From positions 1,568,001 to 1,632,000 of the forward strand of contig CP068257.2 in NCBI GenBank assembly GCA_009914755.4: a stretch of 64,000 bases of DNA, read 5' to 3'. The DNA is from the human T2T-CHM13v2.0 reference genome, Homo sapiens. The translations under genes and the position numbers were made by a program. The first letter of the stretch is position 1, and each line of letters starts with the position of its first letter. Under the pieces are notes generated by a model that worked only from the letters and a program-made list of their open reading frames with translations, was not told the origin of the DNA and made no database searches. Positions 45,501 to 60,700 of this stretch are shown piece by piece.

Positions 45501-48500
45501 TATTAGGTACATAAAATATGAAAGTACATCAAATATAGATTATATACTGTACATTAAATATCAAAGTACCCGAAATATATATTATATACTGTACATGAAA
45601 TATCAAAGTTCACAAACTATATATTATATACTGTACATAAAATATCAAAGTACCTAAGGTATATATTCTATACTGTACAAAAAATATCAAAGTACCCAAA
45701 GCATGTATTATATACTGTATATAAAATATGAAAGTACATCAAATATATATTTTATTCTGTACAGAAAATATCAAAGTACACCAGATATATATTCTATAGT
45801 GTACATAAAATAACAAAGTACACAAACTATAAATTATATACTGTACATAAAATATGAAATTACATCAAATATATATTAGGTACATAAAATATGAAAGTAC
45901 ATCAAATATAGATTCTATACTGTACATATAATATCAATGTACCCCAAATATATATTTTATACTCTACATGAAATATCAAAGTTCACAAACCATATATTAT
46001 ATACTGTACATAAAATGTCAAATTACCCAAGGTATATATTCTATACTGTACAAATAATATCAAAGTACCAAAAGCATGTATTATATACTGTACATAAAAT
46101 ATGAAAGTACATCAAATATATATTTTATTCTGTACATAAAATATCAAAGTACACCAGATATATAATCTATAGTGTACATAAAATATCAAAGTTCCCAAAC
46201 TATACATTATATAATGTACATAAAATATGAAATTACATCAAATATATATTAGGTACATAAAATATGAAAGTACATCAAATATAGATTATATACTGTACAT
46301 AAAATATCAAAGTACCCCAAATATATTTTATATACTGTACATGAAATATCAAATTTCACAAACTATATATTATATACTGTACATAAAATATCAAAGTACC
46401 CAAGGTATATATTCTATACTGTACAAAAAATATCAAAGTACCCAAAGCATGTATTATATACTGTACATAAAATATGAAAGTACATCAAATATGTATTTTA
46501 TTCTGTACATAGAATATCAAAGTACACCAGATATATATTCTATAGTGTACATAATATAACAAAGTATAAAAACTATACATTATATACTGTACATAAAATA
46601 TGAAATTACATCAAATATATATTAGGTACATAAAATATGAAAGTACATCAAATATAGATTATATACTGTACATAAAATATCAAAGTACCCCAAATATATA
46701 TTATATAATGTACATGAAATATCAAAGTTCACAAACCATATATTATATACTGTACATAAAATATCAAAGTACCCAAGGTATATATTCTATACTGTACAAA
46801 AAATATCAAAGTACCCAAAGCATGTATTATATACTGTACATAAAATATGAAATTACATCATATATATATTTTATTCTGTACATAAAATATCAAAGTACAC
46901 CAGATATATATTCTATAGTGTACATAAAATATCAAAGTACCCAATCTATACATTATATACTGTACATAAAATATGAAATTACATCAAATATATATTAGGT
47001 ACATAAAATATGAATGTACATCAAATATAGATTATAAACTGTACATAAAATATCAAAGTACCCTAAATATATATTATATACTCTACAAGAAATATCAAAG
47101 TTCACACACTATATATTATATACTGTACATAAAATATCAAAGTACCCAAGGTATATATTCTATACTGTACAAAAAATATCAAAGAACCCAAACCATGTAT
47201 TATATACTGTACATAAAATATGAAAGTACATCAAATATATATTTTATTCTGTACATAAAATATCAAAGTACACCAGATATATATTCTATAGTGTACATAA
47301 AATAACAATGTACGCAAACTATACATTATATACTGTACATAAAATATGAAATTACATCAAATATATATTAGGAACATAAAATATGAAAGTACATCAAATA
47401 TAGATTATATACTGTACATAAAATATCAATGTACCCCAAATATATATTTTATACTCTACATGAAATACCAAAGTTCACAAACCATATATTATATACTGTA
47501 CATAAAATATCAAAGTACCCAAGGTATATATTCTATACTGTACAAAAAATATCAAAGTACCCAAAGCATGTATTATATACTGTACATAAAATATGAAAGT
47601 ACATCAAATATATATTTTATTCTGTACATAAAATATCAAAGTACACCGGATATATATTCTATAGTGTACATAAAATATCAAAGTACCCAAACTATACATT
47701 ATATACTGTACATAAAATAAGAAATTACATCAAATATATATTATATTAGGTACATAAAATATGAAAGTACATCAAATATAGATTATACACTGTACATAAA
47801 ATATCAATGTACCCCAAATATATATTTTATACTCTACATGAAATACCAAAGTTCACAAACCATATATTATATACTGTACATAAAATATCAAAGTACCCAA
47901 GGTATATATTCTATACTGTACAAAAAATATCAAATTACCCAAACCATGTATTATATACTGTACATAAAATATGAAAGTACATCAAATATATATTTTATTC
48001 TGTACATAAAATATCAAAGTACACCAGATATATATTCTATAGTGTACATAAAATATCAAAGTACCCAAACTATACATTATATACTGTACATAAAATATGA
48101 AATTACATCAAATATATATTATATTAGGTACATAAAATATGAAAGTACATCAAATATAGATTATATACTGTACATAAAATATCAAAGTACCCCAAATATA
48201 TATTATATACTCTACATGAAATATCAAAGTTCACAAACTATATATTATATACTGTACATAAAATATCAAAGTACCCAAGGTATATATTCTATAATGTACA
48301 AAAAATATCAAAGTACCCAAAGCGTGTATTATATACTGTATATAAAATATGAAATTACATCAAATATATATTTTATTCTGTACATAAAATATCAAAGTAC
48401 ACCAGATATATATTCTATAGTGTACATAAAATATCAAAGTACCCAAACTATACATTATATACTGTACATAAAATATGAAATTACATCAAATATATATTAT

Positions 48501-50351
48501 ATTAGGTACATAAAATATGAAAGTACATCAAATATAGATTATATACTGTACATTAAATACCAAAGTACCCCAAATATATATTTTATACTGTACATGAAAT
48601 ATCAAAGTTCACAAACTATATATTATATACTGTATATAAAATATCAAAGTACCCAAGGTATATATTCTATACTGTACAAAAAATATCAAAGTACCCAAAG
48701 CATGTATTATATACTGTACCTAAAATATGAAAGTACATCAAATATATATTTTATTCTGTACATAAAATATCAAAGTACACCAGATATATATTCTATAGTG
48801 TACATAAAATATCAAAGTACCCAAACTATACATTATATACTGTACATAAAATATGAAATTACATCAAATATATATTATATTAGGTACATAAAATATGAAA
48901 GTACATCAAATATAGATTATACACTGTACATAAAATATCAAAGTACCCCAAATATATATTATATACTCTACATGAAATATCAAAGTTCACAAACTATATA
49001 TTATATACTGTACATAAAATAAAGTCCCCAAGGTATATATTCTATACTGTAGAAAAAATATCAAAGTACCCAAATCATGTATTATATACTGTATATAAAA
49101 TATGAAAGTACATCAAATATATATTTTATTCTGTACATAATATATCAAAGTACACCAGATATATATTCTATAGTGTACATAAAATAACAAAGTACAAAAA
49201 CTATAAATTATATACTGTACATAAAATATGAAATTACATCAAATATATATTAGGTACATAAAATATGAAAGTACATCAAATATAGATTATATACTGTACA
49301 TAAAATTTCAATGTACCCCAAATATATATTTTATACTCTACATGAAATATCAAAGTTCACAAACCATATATTATATACTGTACATAAAATATCAAAGTAC
49401 CCAAGGTATATATTCTATACTATACAAAAAATATCAAAGTACCCAAAGCATGTATTATATACTGTACCTAAAATATGAAAGTACATCAAATATATATTTT
49501 ATTCTGTACATAAAATATCAAAGTACACCAGATATATATTCTATAGTGTACATAAAATATCAAAGTACCCAAACTATACATTATATACTGTACATAAAAT
49601 ATGAAATTACATCAAATATATTTTATATTAGGTACATAAAATATGAAAGTACATCAAATATAGATTATATACTGTACATTAAATACCAAAGTACCCCAAA
49701 TATATATTTTATGCTGTACATGAAATATCAAAGTTCACAAACTATATATTATATACTGTACATAAAATATCAAAGTACCCAAGGTATATATTCTATACTG
49801 TACAAAAAATATCAAAGTACCCAAAGCATGTATTATATACTGTACATAAAATATGAAAGTACACCAAATATATATTTTATTCTTTACATAAAATACCAAA
49901 GTACACCAGATATATATTCTATAGTGTACATAAAATAACAAAGTACACAAACTATAAATTATATACTGTACATAAAATATGAAATTACATCAAATATATA
50001 TTAGGTACATAAAATATGAAAGTACATCAAATATAGATTATATACTGTACATAAAATATCAATGTACCCCAAATATATATTTTATACTCTACATGAAATA
50101 TCAAAGTTCACAAACCATATATTATATACTGTACATAAAATATCAAAGTACCCAAGGTATATATTCTATACTGTACAAAAAATATCAAAGTACCCAAAGC
50201 ATGTATTATATACTGTACATAAAATATGAAAGTACACCAAATATATATTTTATTCTGTACATAAAATATCAAAGTACACCAGATATATATTCTATAGTGT
50301 ACATAAAATATCAAAGTACCCAAACTATACATTATATACTGTACATAAAAT

Positions 50352-53300
50352 ATGAAATTACATCAAATATATATTAGGTACATAAAATATGAAAGTACAT
50401 CAAATATAGATTATATACTGTACATAAAATATCAATGTACAACTAATATATATTTTATACTCTACATGAAATATCAAAGTTCACAAACTATATATTATAT
50501 AATGTACATAAAATATCAAAGTACCCAAGGTATATATTCTATACTGTACAAAAAATATCAAAGTACCCAAAGCATGTATTATATACTGTACATAAAACAT
50601 GAAAGTACATCAAATATATATTTTATTCTGTACATAAAATATCAAAGTACACCAGATATATATTCTATAGTGTACATAAAATATCAAAGTACCCAAACTA
50701 TACATTATATACTGTACATAAAATATGAAATTACATCAAATATATATTATATTAGGTACATAAAATATGAAAGTACATCAAATATAGATTATATACTGTA
50801 CATAAAATATCAAAGTACCCCAAATATATATTATATACTCTACATGAAATATCAAAGTTCACAAACTATATATTATATACTGTACATAAAATATCAAAGT
50901 ACCCAAGGTATATATTCTATAATGTACAAAAAATATCAAAGTACCCAAAGCGTGTATTATATACTGTATATAAAATATGAAATTACATCAAATATATATT
51001 TTATTCTGTACATAAAATATCAAAGTACACCAGATATATATTCTATAGTGTACATAAAATATCAAAGTACCCAAACTATACATTATATACTGTACATAAA
51101 ATATGAAATTACATCAAATATATATTATATTAGGTACATAAAATATGAAAGTACATCAAATATAGATTATATACTGTACATTAAATACCAAAGTACCCCA
51201 AATATATATTTTATACTGTACATGAAATATCAAAGTTCACAAACTATATATTATATACTGTACATAAAATATCAAAGTACCCAAGGTATATATTCTATAC
51301 TGTACAAAAAATATCAAAGTACCCAAAGCATGTATTATAAACTGTACATAAAATATGAAAGTACATCAAATATATATTTTATTCTGTACATAAAATATCA
51401 AAGTACACCAGATATATATTCTATAGTGTACATAATATATCAAAGTACCCAAACTATACATTATATACTGTACATAAAATATGAAATTACATCAAATATA
51501 TATTATATTAGGTACATAAAATATGAAAGTACATCAAATATAGATTATATACTGTACATAAAATATCAAAGTACCCAAATATATATTATATACTCTACAG
51601 GAAATATCAAAGTTCACACACTATATATTATATACTGTACATAAAATATCAAAGTACCCAAGGTATATATTCTATACTGTACAAAAAATATCAAAGTACC
51701 CAAAGCATGTATTATATACTGTATGTAAAATATGAAAGTACATCAAATATATATTTTATTGTGTACATAAAATATCAAAGTACACCAGATATGTATTCTA
51801 TAGTGTACATAAAATATCAAATTACCCAAACTATACATTATATACTGTACAGAAAATATGAAATTACAGCAAATATATATTATATTAGGTACATAAAATA
51901 TGAAAGTACATCAAATATAGATTATATACTGTACATTAAATACAAAAGTACCCCAAATATATATTTTATACTGTACATGAAATATCAAAGTTCACAAACT
52001 ATATATTATATACTGTACATAAAATATCAAAGTACACAAGGTATATATTCTATACTGTACAAAAAATATCAAAGTACCCAAAGCATGTATTATAAACTGT
52101 ACATAAAATATGAAAGTACATCAAATATATATTTTATTCTGTACATAAAATATCAAAGTACACCAGATATATATTCCATAGTGTACATAAAATATCAAAA
52201 TACCCAAACTATACATTATATACTGTACATAAAATATGAAATTACATCAAATATATATTATATTAGGTACATAAAATATGAAAGTACATCAAATATAGAT
52301 TATATACTGTACATTAAATACCAAAGTACCCCAAATATATATTTTATACTGTAAATGAAATATCAAAGTTCACAAACTATATATTATATACTGTACATAA
52401 AATATCAAAGTACCCAAGGTATATATTCTATACTGTAGAAAAAATATCAAAGTACCCAAAGCATGTATTATATACTGTACATAAAATATGAAAGTACATC
52501 AAATATATATTTTATTCTGTACATAAAATATCAAAGTACACCAGATATATATTCTATAGTGTACATAAAATATCAAAGTACCCAAACTATACATTATATA
52601 CTGTACATAAAATATGAAATTACATCAAATATATATTATATTAGGTACATAAAATATGAAAGTACATCAAATATAGATTATATACTGTACATAAAATATC
52701 AAAGTACCCAAATATATATTACATACTCTACATGAAATATCAAAGTTCACAAACTATATATTATATACTCTACATAAAATATCAAAGTACCCAAGGTATA
52801 TATTCTATACTGTACAAAAAATATCAAAGTACCCAAAGCATGTATTATAAACTGTACATAAAATATGAAAGTACGTGAAATATATATTTTATTCTGTACA
52901 TAAAATATCAAAGTACACCAGATATATATTCTATAGTGTACCTAAAATATCAAAGTACCCAAACTATACATTACATACTTTACATAAAATATGAAATTTC
53001 ATCAAATATATATTATATTAGGTACATAAAATATGAAAGTACATCAAATATAGATTATATACTGTACATTAAATACCAAAGTACCCCAAATATATATTAT
53101 ATACTCTACATGAAATATCAAAGTTCTCACAATATATATTATATACTGTACATAAAATATCAAAGTACCCAAGGTGTATATTCTATACTGTACAAAAAAT
53201 ATCAAAGTACCCAAAGCATGTATTATATACTGTATATAAAATATGAAAGTACATCAAATATATATTTTATTCTGTACATAAAATATCAAAGAACACCAGA

Positions 53301-56300
53301 TATATATTCTATAGTGTACATAAAATAACAAAGTACACAAACTATAAATTATATACTGTACATAAAATATGAAATTACATCAAATATATATTAGGTACCT
53401 AAAATATGAAAGTACATCAAATATAGATTATATACTGTACATAAAATATCAATGTACCCCAAATATATATTTTATACTCGACATGAAATATCAAAGTTCA
53501 CAAACCATATATTATATACTGTACATAAAATATCAAAGTACACAAGGTATATATTCTATACTGTACAAAAAATATCAAAGTACCCAAAGCATGTATTATA
53601 TACTGTACATAAAATATGAAAGTACATCAAATATATATTTTATTCTGTACATAAAATATCAAAGTACACCAGATATATATTCTATAGTGTACATAAAATA
53701 TCAAAGTACCCAAACTATACATTATATACTGTACATAAAATATGAAATTACATCAAATATATATTAGGTACATAAAATATGAAAGTACATCAAATATAGA
53801 TTATATACTGTACATAAAATATCAATGTACAACAAATATATATTTTATACTCTACATGAAATATCAAAGTTCACAAACTATATATTATATAATGTACATA
53901 AAATATCAAAGTACCCAAGGTATATATTCTATACTGTACAAAAAATATCAAAGTACCGAAAGCATGTATTATATACTGTACATAAAATATGAAAGTACAT
54001 CAAATATATATTTTATTCTGTACATAAAATATCAAAGTACACCAGATATATATTCTATAGTGGACATAAAATATCAAAGTACCCAAACTATACATTATAT
54101 ACTGTACATAAAATATGAAATTACATCAAATATATATTATATTAGGTACATAAAACATGAAAGTACATCAAATATAGATTATATACTGTACATTAAATAC
54201 CAAAGTACCCCAAATATATATTTTATACTGTACATGAAATATCAAAGTTCACAAACTATATATTATATACTGTACATAAAATATCAAAGTACCCAAGGTA
54301 TATATTCTATACTGTACAAAAAATATCAAAGTACCCAAAGCATGTGTTATAAACTGTACATAAAATATGAAAGTACATCAAATATATATTTTATTCTGTA
54401 CATAAAATATCAAAGTACACCAGATATATATTCTATAGTGTACCTAAAATATCAAAGTACCCAAAGTATACATTATATACTGTACATAAAATATGAAATT
54501 ACATCAAATATATATTATATTAGGTACATAAAATATGAAAGTACATCAAATATAGATTATATACTGTACATTAAATACCAAAGTACCCCAAATATATATT
54601 TTATACTGTACATGAAATATCAAAGTTCACACACTATATATTATATACTGTACATAAAATATCAAAGTACCCAAGTTATATATTCTATACTGTACAAAAA
54701 ATATCAAAGTACCCAAAACATGTATTATAAACTGTACATAAAATATGAAAGTACATCAAATATATATTTTATTCTGTACATAAAATATCAAAGTACACCA
54801 GATATATATTCTATAGTGTACATAAAATATCAAAGTACCCAAACTATACATTATATACTGTACATAAAATATGAAATTACATCAAATATATATTATATTA
54901 GGTACATAAAATATGAAAGTACATCAAATATAGATTATATACTGTACATTAAATACCAAAGTACCCCAAATATATATTTTATACTGTACATGAAATATCA
55001 AAGTTCACAAACTATATATTATATACTGTACATAAAATATCAAAGTACCCAAGGTATATATTCTATACTGTACAAAAAATATCAAAGTACCCAAAGCATG
55101 TATTATAAACTGTACATAAAATATGAAAGTACATCAAATATATATTTTATTCTGTACATAAAATATCAAAGTACACCAGATATATATTCTATAGTGTACA
55201 TAAAATATCAAAGTACCCAAACTATACATTATATACTGTACCTAAAATATGAAATTACATAAAATATATATTATATTAGGTACATAAAATATGAAAGTAC
55301 ATCAAATATAGATTATATACTGTACATAAAATATCAAAGTACCCAAATATATATTATATACTCTACAGGAAATATCAAAGTTCACACACTATATATTATA
55401 TACTGTACATAAAATATCAAAGTACCCAAGGTATATATTCTATACTGTACAAAAAATATCAAAGTACCCAAAGCATGTATTATATACTGTATGTAAAATA
55501 TGAAAGAACATCAAATATATATTTTATTCTGTACATAAAATATCAAAGTACACCAGATATATATTCTATAGTGTACATAAAATATCAAAGTACCCAAAGC
55601 ATGTATTATAAACTGTACATAAAATATGAAAGTACATCAAATATATATTTTATTCTGTACATAAAATATCAAAGTACACCAGATATATATTCTATAGTGT
55701 ACATAAAATAACAAAGTACACAAACTATAAATTACATACTGTATATAAAATATGAAATTACATCAAAAATATATTAGGTACATAAAATATGAAAGTACAT
55801 CAAATATAGATTATATACTGTACATAAAATATCAATGTACCCCAAATATATATTTTATACTGTACATGAAATATCAAAGTTCACAAACTATATATTATGT
55901 ACTGTACAAAAAATATCAAAATACCCAAGGTATATATTCTATACTGTACAAAAAATATCAAAGTACCCAAAGCATGTATTATATACTGTACATAAAATAT
56001 GAAAGTACATCAAATATATATTTTATTGTGTACATAAAATATCAAAGTACACCAGATATATATTCTATAGTGTACATAAAATATAAAAGTACCCAAACTA
56101 TACATTATATACTGTACAGAAAATATGAAATTACAGCAAATATATATTATATTAGGTACATAAAATATGAAAGTACATCAAATATAGATTATATACTGTA
56201 CATTAAATACCAAAGTACCCCAAATATATATTTTATACTGTATATGAAATATCAAAGTTCACAAACTATATATTATATACTGTACATAAAATATCAAAGT

Positions 56301-59300
56301 ACACAAGGTATATATTCTATACTGTACAAAAAATATCAATGTACCCAAAGCATGTATTATAAACTGTACATAAAATATGAAAGTACATCAAATATATATT
56401 TTATTCGGTACATAAAATATCAAAGTACACCAGATATATATTCTATAGTGTACATAAAATATCAAAGTACCCAAACTATACATTATATACTGTACATAAA
56501 ATATGAAATTACATCAAATATATATTATATTAGGTACATAAAATATGAAAGTACATCAAATATAGATTATATACTGTACATAAAATATCAAAGTACCCCA
56601 AATATATATTATATACTCTACATGAAATATCAAAGTTCACAAACTATATATTATATACTGTACATAAAATATCAAAGTACCCAAGGTATATGTTCTATAC
56701 TGCACAAAAAATATCAAAGTACCCAAAGCATGTATTATATATTGTATATAAAATATGAAAGTACATCAAATATATATTTTATTCTGTACATAAAATATCA
56801 AAGTACACCAGATATATATTCTATAGTGTACATAAAATAACAAAGTACACAAACTATAAATTATATACTGTATATAAAATATGAAATTACATCAAAAATA
56901 TATTAGGTACATAAAATATGAAAGTACATCAAATATAGATTATATACTGTACATAAAATATCAATGTACCCCAAATATATATTTTATACTCTACATGAAA
57001 TATCAAAGTTCACAAACTATATATTATGTACTTTACATAAAATACCAAAATACCCAAGGTATATATTCTATACTGTACAAAAAATATCAAAGTACCCAAA
57101 GCATGTATTATATACTGTACATAAAATATGAAAGTACATCAAATATATATTTTATTCTGTACATAAAATATCAAAGTGCACCAGATATATATTCTATAGT
57201 GTACATAAAATATCAAAGTACCCAAACTATACATTATATACTGTACAGAAAATATGAAATTACAGCAAATATATATTATATTAGGTACATAAAATATGAA
57301 AGTACATCAAATATAGATTATATACTGTACATTAAATACCAAAGTACCCCAAATATATATTTTATACTGTACATGAAATATCAAAGTTCACAAACTATAT
57401 ATTATATACTGTACATAAAATATCAAAGTACACAAGGTATATATTCTATACTGTACAAAAAATATCAAAGTACCCAAAGCATGTATTATATACTGTACAT
57501 AAAATATGAAAGTACATCAAATATATATTTTATTCTATACATAAAATATCAAAGTACACCAGATATATCTTCTATAGTGTACATAAAATAACAAAGTACA
57601 CAAACTATAAATTATATACTGTACATAAAATATGAAATTACATCAAATATATATTAGGTACATAAAATATGAAAGTACATCAAATATAGATTATATACTG
57701 TACATAAAATATCAATGTACCCCAAATATATATTTTATACTGTACAGGAAATATCAAAGTTCACAAACCATATATTATATACTGTACATAAAATATCAAA
57801 GTACCCAAGGTATATATTCTATACTGTACAAAAAATATCAAAGTACCCAAAGCATGTATTATATACTGTACATAAAATATGAAAGTACATCAAATATATA
57901 TTTTATTCTGTACATAAAATATCAAAGTACACCAGATATATATTCTATAGTGTACATAAAATATCAAAGTACCCAAACTATACATTATATACTGTACATA
58001 AAATATGAAATTACATCAAATATATATTATATTAGGTACATAAAATATGAAAGTACATCAAATATAGATTATATACTGTACATAAAATATCAAAGTACCC
58101 AAATATATATTACATACTCCACATGAAATATCAAAGTTCACAAACTATATATTATATAATGTACATAAAATATCAAAGTACCCAAGGTATATATTCTATA
58201 CTGTACAAAAAATATCAAAGTACCGAAAGCATGTATTATATACTGTACATAAAATATGAAAGTACATCAAATATATATTTTATTCTGTACATAAAATATC
58301 AAAGTACACCAGATATATATTCTATAGTGGACATAAAATATCAAAGTACCCAAACTATACATTATATACTGTACATAAAATATGAAATTACATCAAATAT
58401 ATATTATATTAGGTACATAAAACATGAAAGTACATCAAATATAGATTATATACTGTACATTAAATACCAAAGTACCCCAAATATATATTTTATACTGTAC
58501 ATGAAATATCAAAGTTCACAAACTATATATTATATACTGTACATAAAATATCAAAGTACCCAAGGTATATATTCTATACTGTACAAAAAATATCAAAGTA
58601 CCCAAAGCATGTGTTATAAACTGTACATAAAATATGAAAGTACATCAAATATATATTTTATTCTGTACATAAAATATCAAAGTACACCAGATATATATTC
58701 TATAGTGTACATAAAATATCAAAGTACCCAAAGTATACATTATATACTGTACATAAAATATGAAATTACATCAAATATATATTATATTAGGTACATAAAA
58801 TATGAAAGTACATCAAATATAGATTATATACTGTACATTAAATACCAAAGTACCCCAAATATATATTTTATACTGTACATGAAATATCAAAGTTCACACA
58901 CTATATATTATATACTGTACATAAAATATCAAAGTACCCAAGTTATATATTCTATACTGTACAAAAAATATCAAAGTACCCAAAACATGTATTATAAACT
59001 GTACATAAAATATGAAAGTACATCAAATATATATTTTATTCTGTACATAAAATATCAAAGTACACCAGATATATATTCTATAGTGTACATAAAATATCAA
59101 AGTACCCAAACTATACATTATATACTGTACATAAAATATGAAATTACATCAAATATATATTATATTAGGTACATAAAATATGAAAGTACATCAAATATCG
59201 ATTATATACTGTACATTAAATACCAAAGTACCCCAAATATATATTTTATACTGTACATGAAATATCAAAGTTCACAAACTATATATTATATACTGTACAT

Positions 59301-60700
59301 AAAATATCAAAGTACCCAAGGTATATATTCTATACTGTACAAAAAATATCAAAGTACCCAAAGCATGTATTATAAACTGTACATAAAATATGAAAGTACA
59401 TCAAATATATATTTTATTCTGTACATAAAATATCAAAGTACACCAGATATATATTCTATAGTGTACATAAAATATCAAAGTACCCAAACTATACATTATA
59501 TACTGTACCTAAAATATGAAATTACATAAAATATATATTATATTAGGTACATAAAATATGAAAGTACATCAAATATAGATTATATACTGTACATAAAATA
59601 TCAAAGTACCCAAATATATATTATATACTCTACAGGAAATATCAAAGTTCACACACTATATATTATATACTGTACATAAAATATCAAAGTACCCAAGGTA
59701 TATATTCTATACTGTACAAAAAATATCAAAGTACCCAAAGCATGTATTATATACTGTATGTAAAATATGAAAGAACATCAAATATATATTTTATTCTGTA
59801 CATAAAATATCAAAGTACACCAGATATATATTCTATAGTGTACATAAAATATCAAAGTACCCAAACTATACATTATATACTGTACAGAAAATATGAAATT
59901 ACAGCAAATATATATTATATTAGGTACATAAAATATGAAAGTACATCAAATATAGATTATATACTGTACATTAAATACCAAAGTACCCCAAATATATATT
60001 TTATACTGTATATGAAATATCAAAGTTCACAAACTATATATTATATACTGTACATAAAATATCAAAGTACACAAGGTATATATTCTATACTGTACAAAAA
60101 ATATCAATGTACCCAAAGCATGTATTATAAACTGTACATAAAATATGAAAGTACATCAAATATATATTTTATTCTGTACATAAAATATCAAAGTACACCA
60201 GATATATATTCTATAGCGTACATAAAATATCAAAGTTCCCAAACTATACATTATATACTGTACATAAAATATGAAATTACATCAAATATATATTATATTA
60301 GGTACATAAAATATGAAAGTACATCAAATATAGATTATATACTGTACATAAAATATCAAAGTACCCCAAATATATATTATATACTCTACATGAAATATCA
60401 AAGTTCACAAACTATATATTATATACTGTACATAAAATATCAAAGTACCCAAGGTATATGTTCTATACTGCACAAAAAATATCAAAGTACCCAAAGCATG
60501 TATTATATATTGTATATAAAATATGAAAGTACATCAAATATATATTTTATTCTGTACATAAAATATCAAAGTACACCAGATATATATTCTATAGTGTACA
60601 TAAAATAACAAAGTACACAAACTATAAATTATATACTGTATATAAAATATGAAATTACATCAAAAATATATTAGGTACATAAAATATGAAAGTACATCAA
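50352..60700. repeat. Super-repeat family with offsets of 3390 bp (50352→53742) and 4267 bp (53856→58123, 55475→59742). It includes a 1129-bp internal repeat (55752→56881) and a 3768-bp offset (56881→60649).
   Basis: The ORFs at 50352, 53742 and 58123 share the rare variants 'QCTTNIYFILYMKYQSSQTIYYIMYIKY', 'QSTESMYY', 'IVDIKY' and 'IKHESTS'. The marker 'tgtatataaaatatgaaattacatcaaaaatatattaggtac' lies at about 55730, 56860 and 60625. Confidence 0.75.
55459..55710 (+). repeat. Tandem duplication of the e-f-g monomer triplet (2 x 126 bp). The same structure occurs again at about 60858-61109.
   Basis: The monomer order is e,f,g,e,f,g then h. At 55585 the sequence 'caaagtacccaaagcatgtattataaactg' (e) follows g directly. 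ORFs 55475..55711 and 60649..61134 read '…QSTPDIYSIVYIKYQSTQSMYY[K/I]LYIKYESTSNIYFILYIKYQSTPDIYSIVYIK'. Confidence 0.75.

Noticed and set aside
1122-50332. Minus-strand ORFs (1122..1337, 49735..49950, 50108..50332), and the alternative-frame 'MKYRLYTVHKISKYP…' ORFs (34199, 34971, 37580, 41533, 63086).
   Set aside because: They are other reading frames of the same satellite ('…IFYVQYIIYSL…'). They arise where a variant removes a stop and have no independent support. They are useful only as markers of repeat subfamilies.
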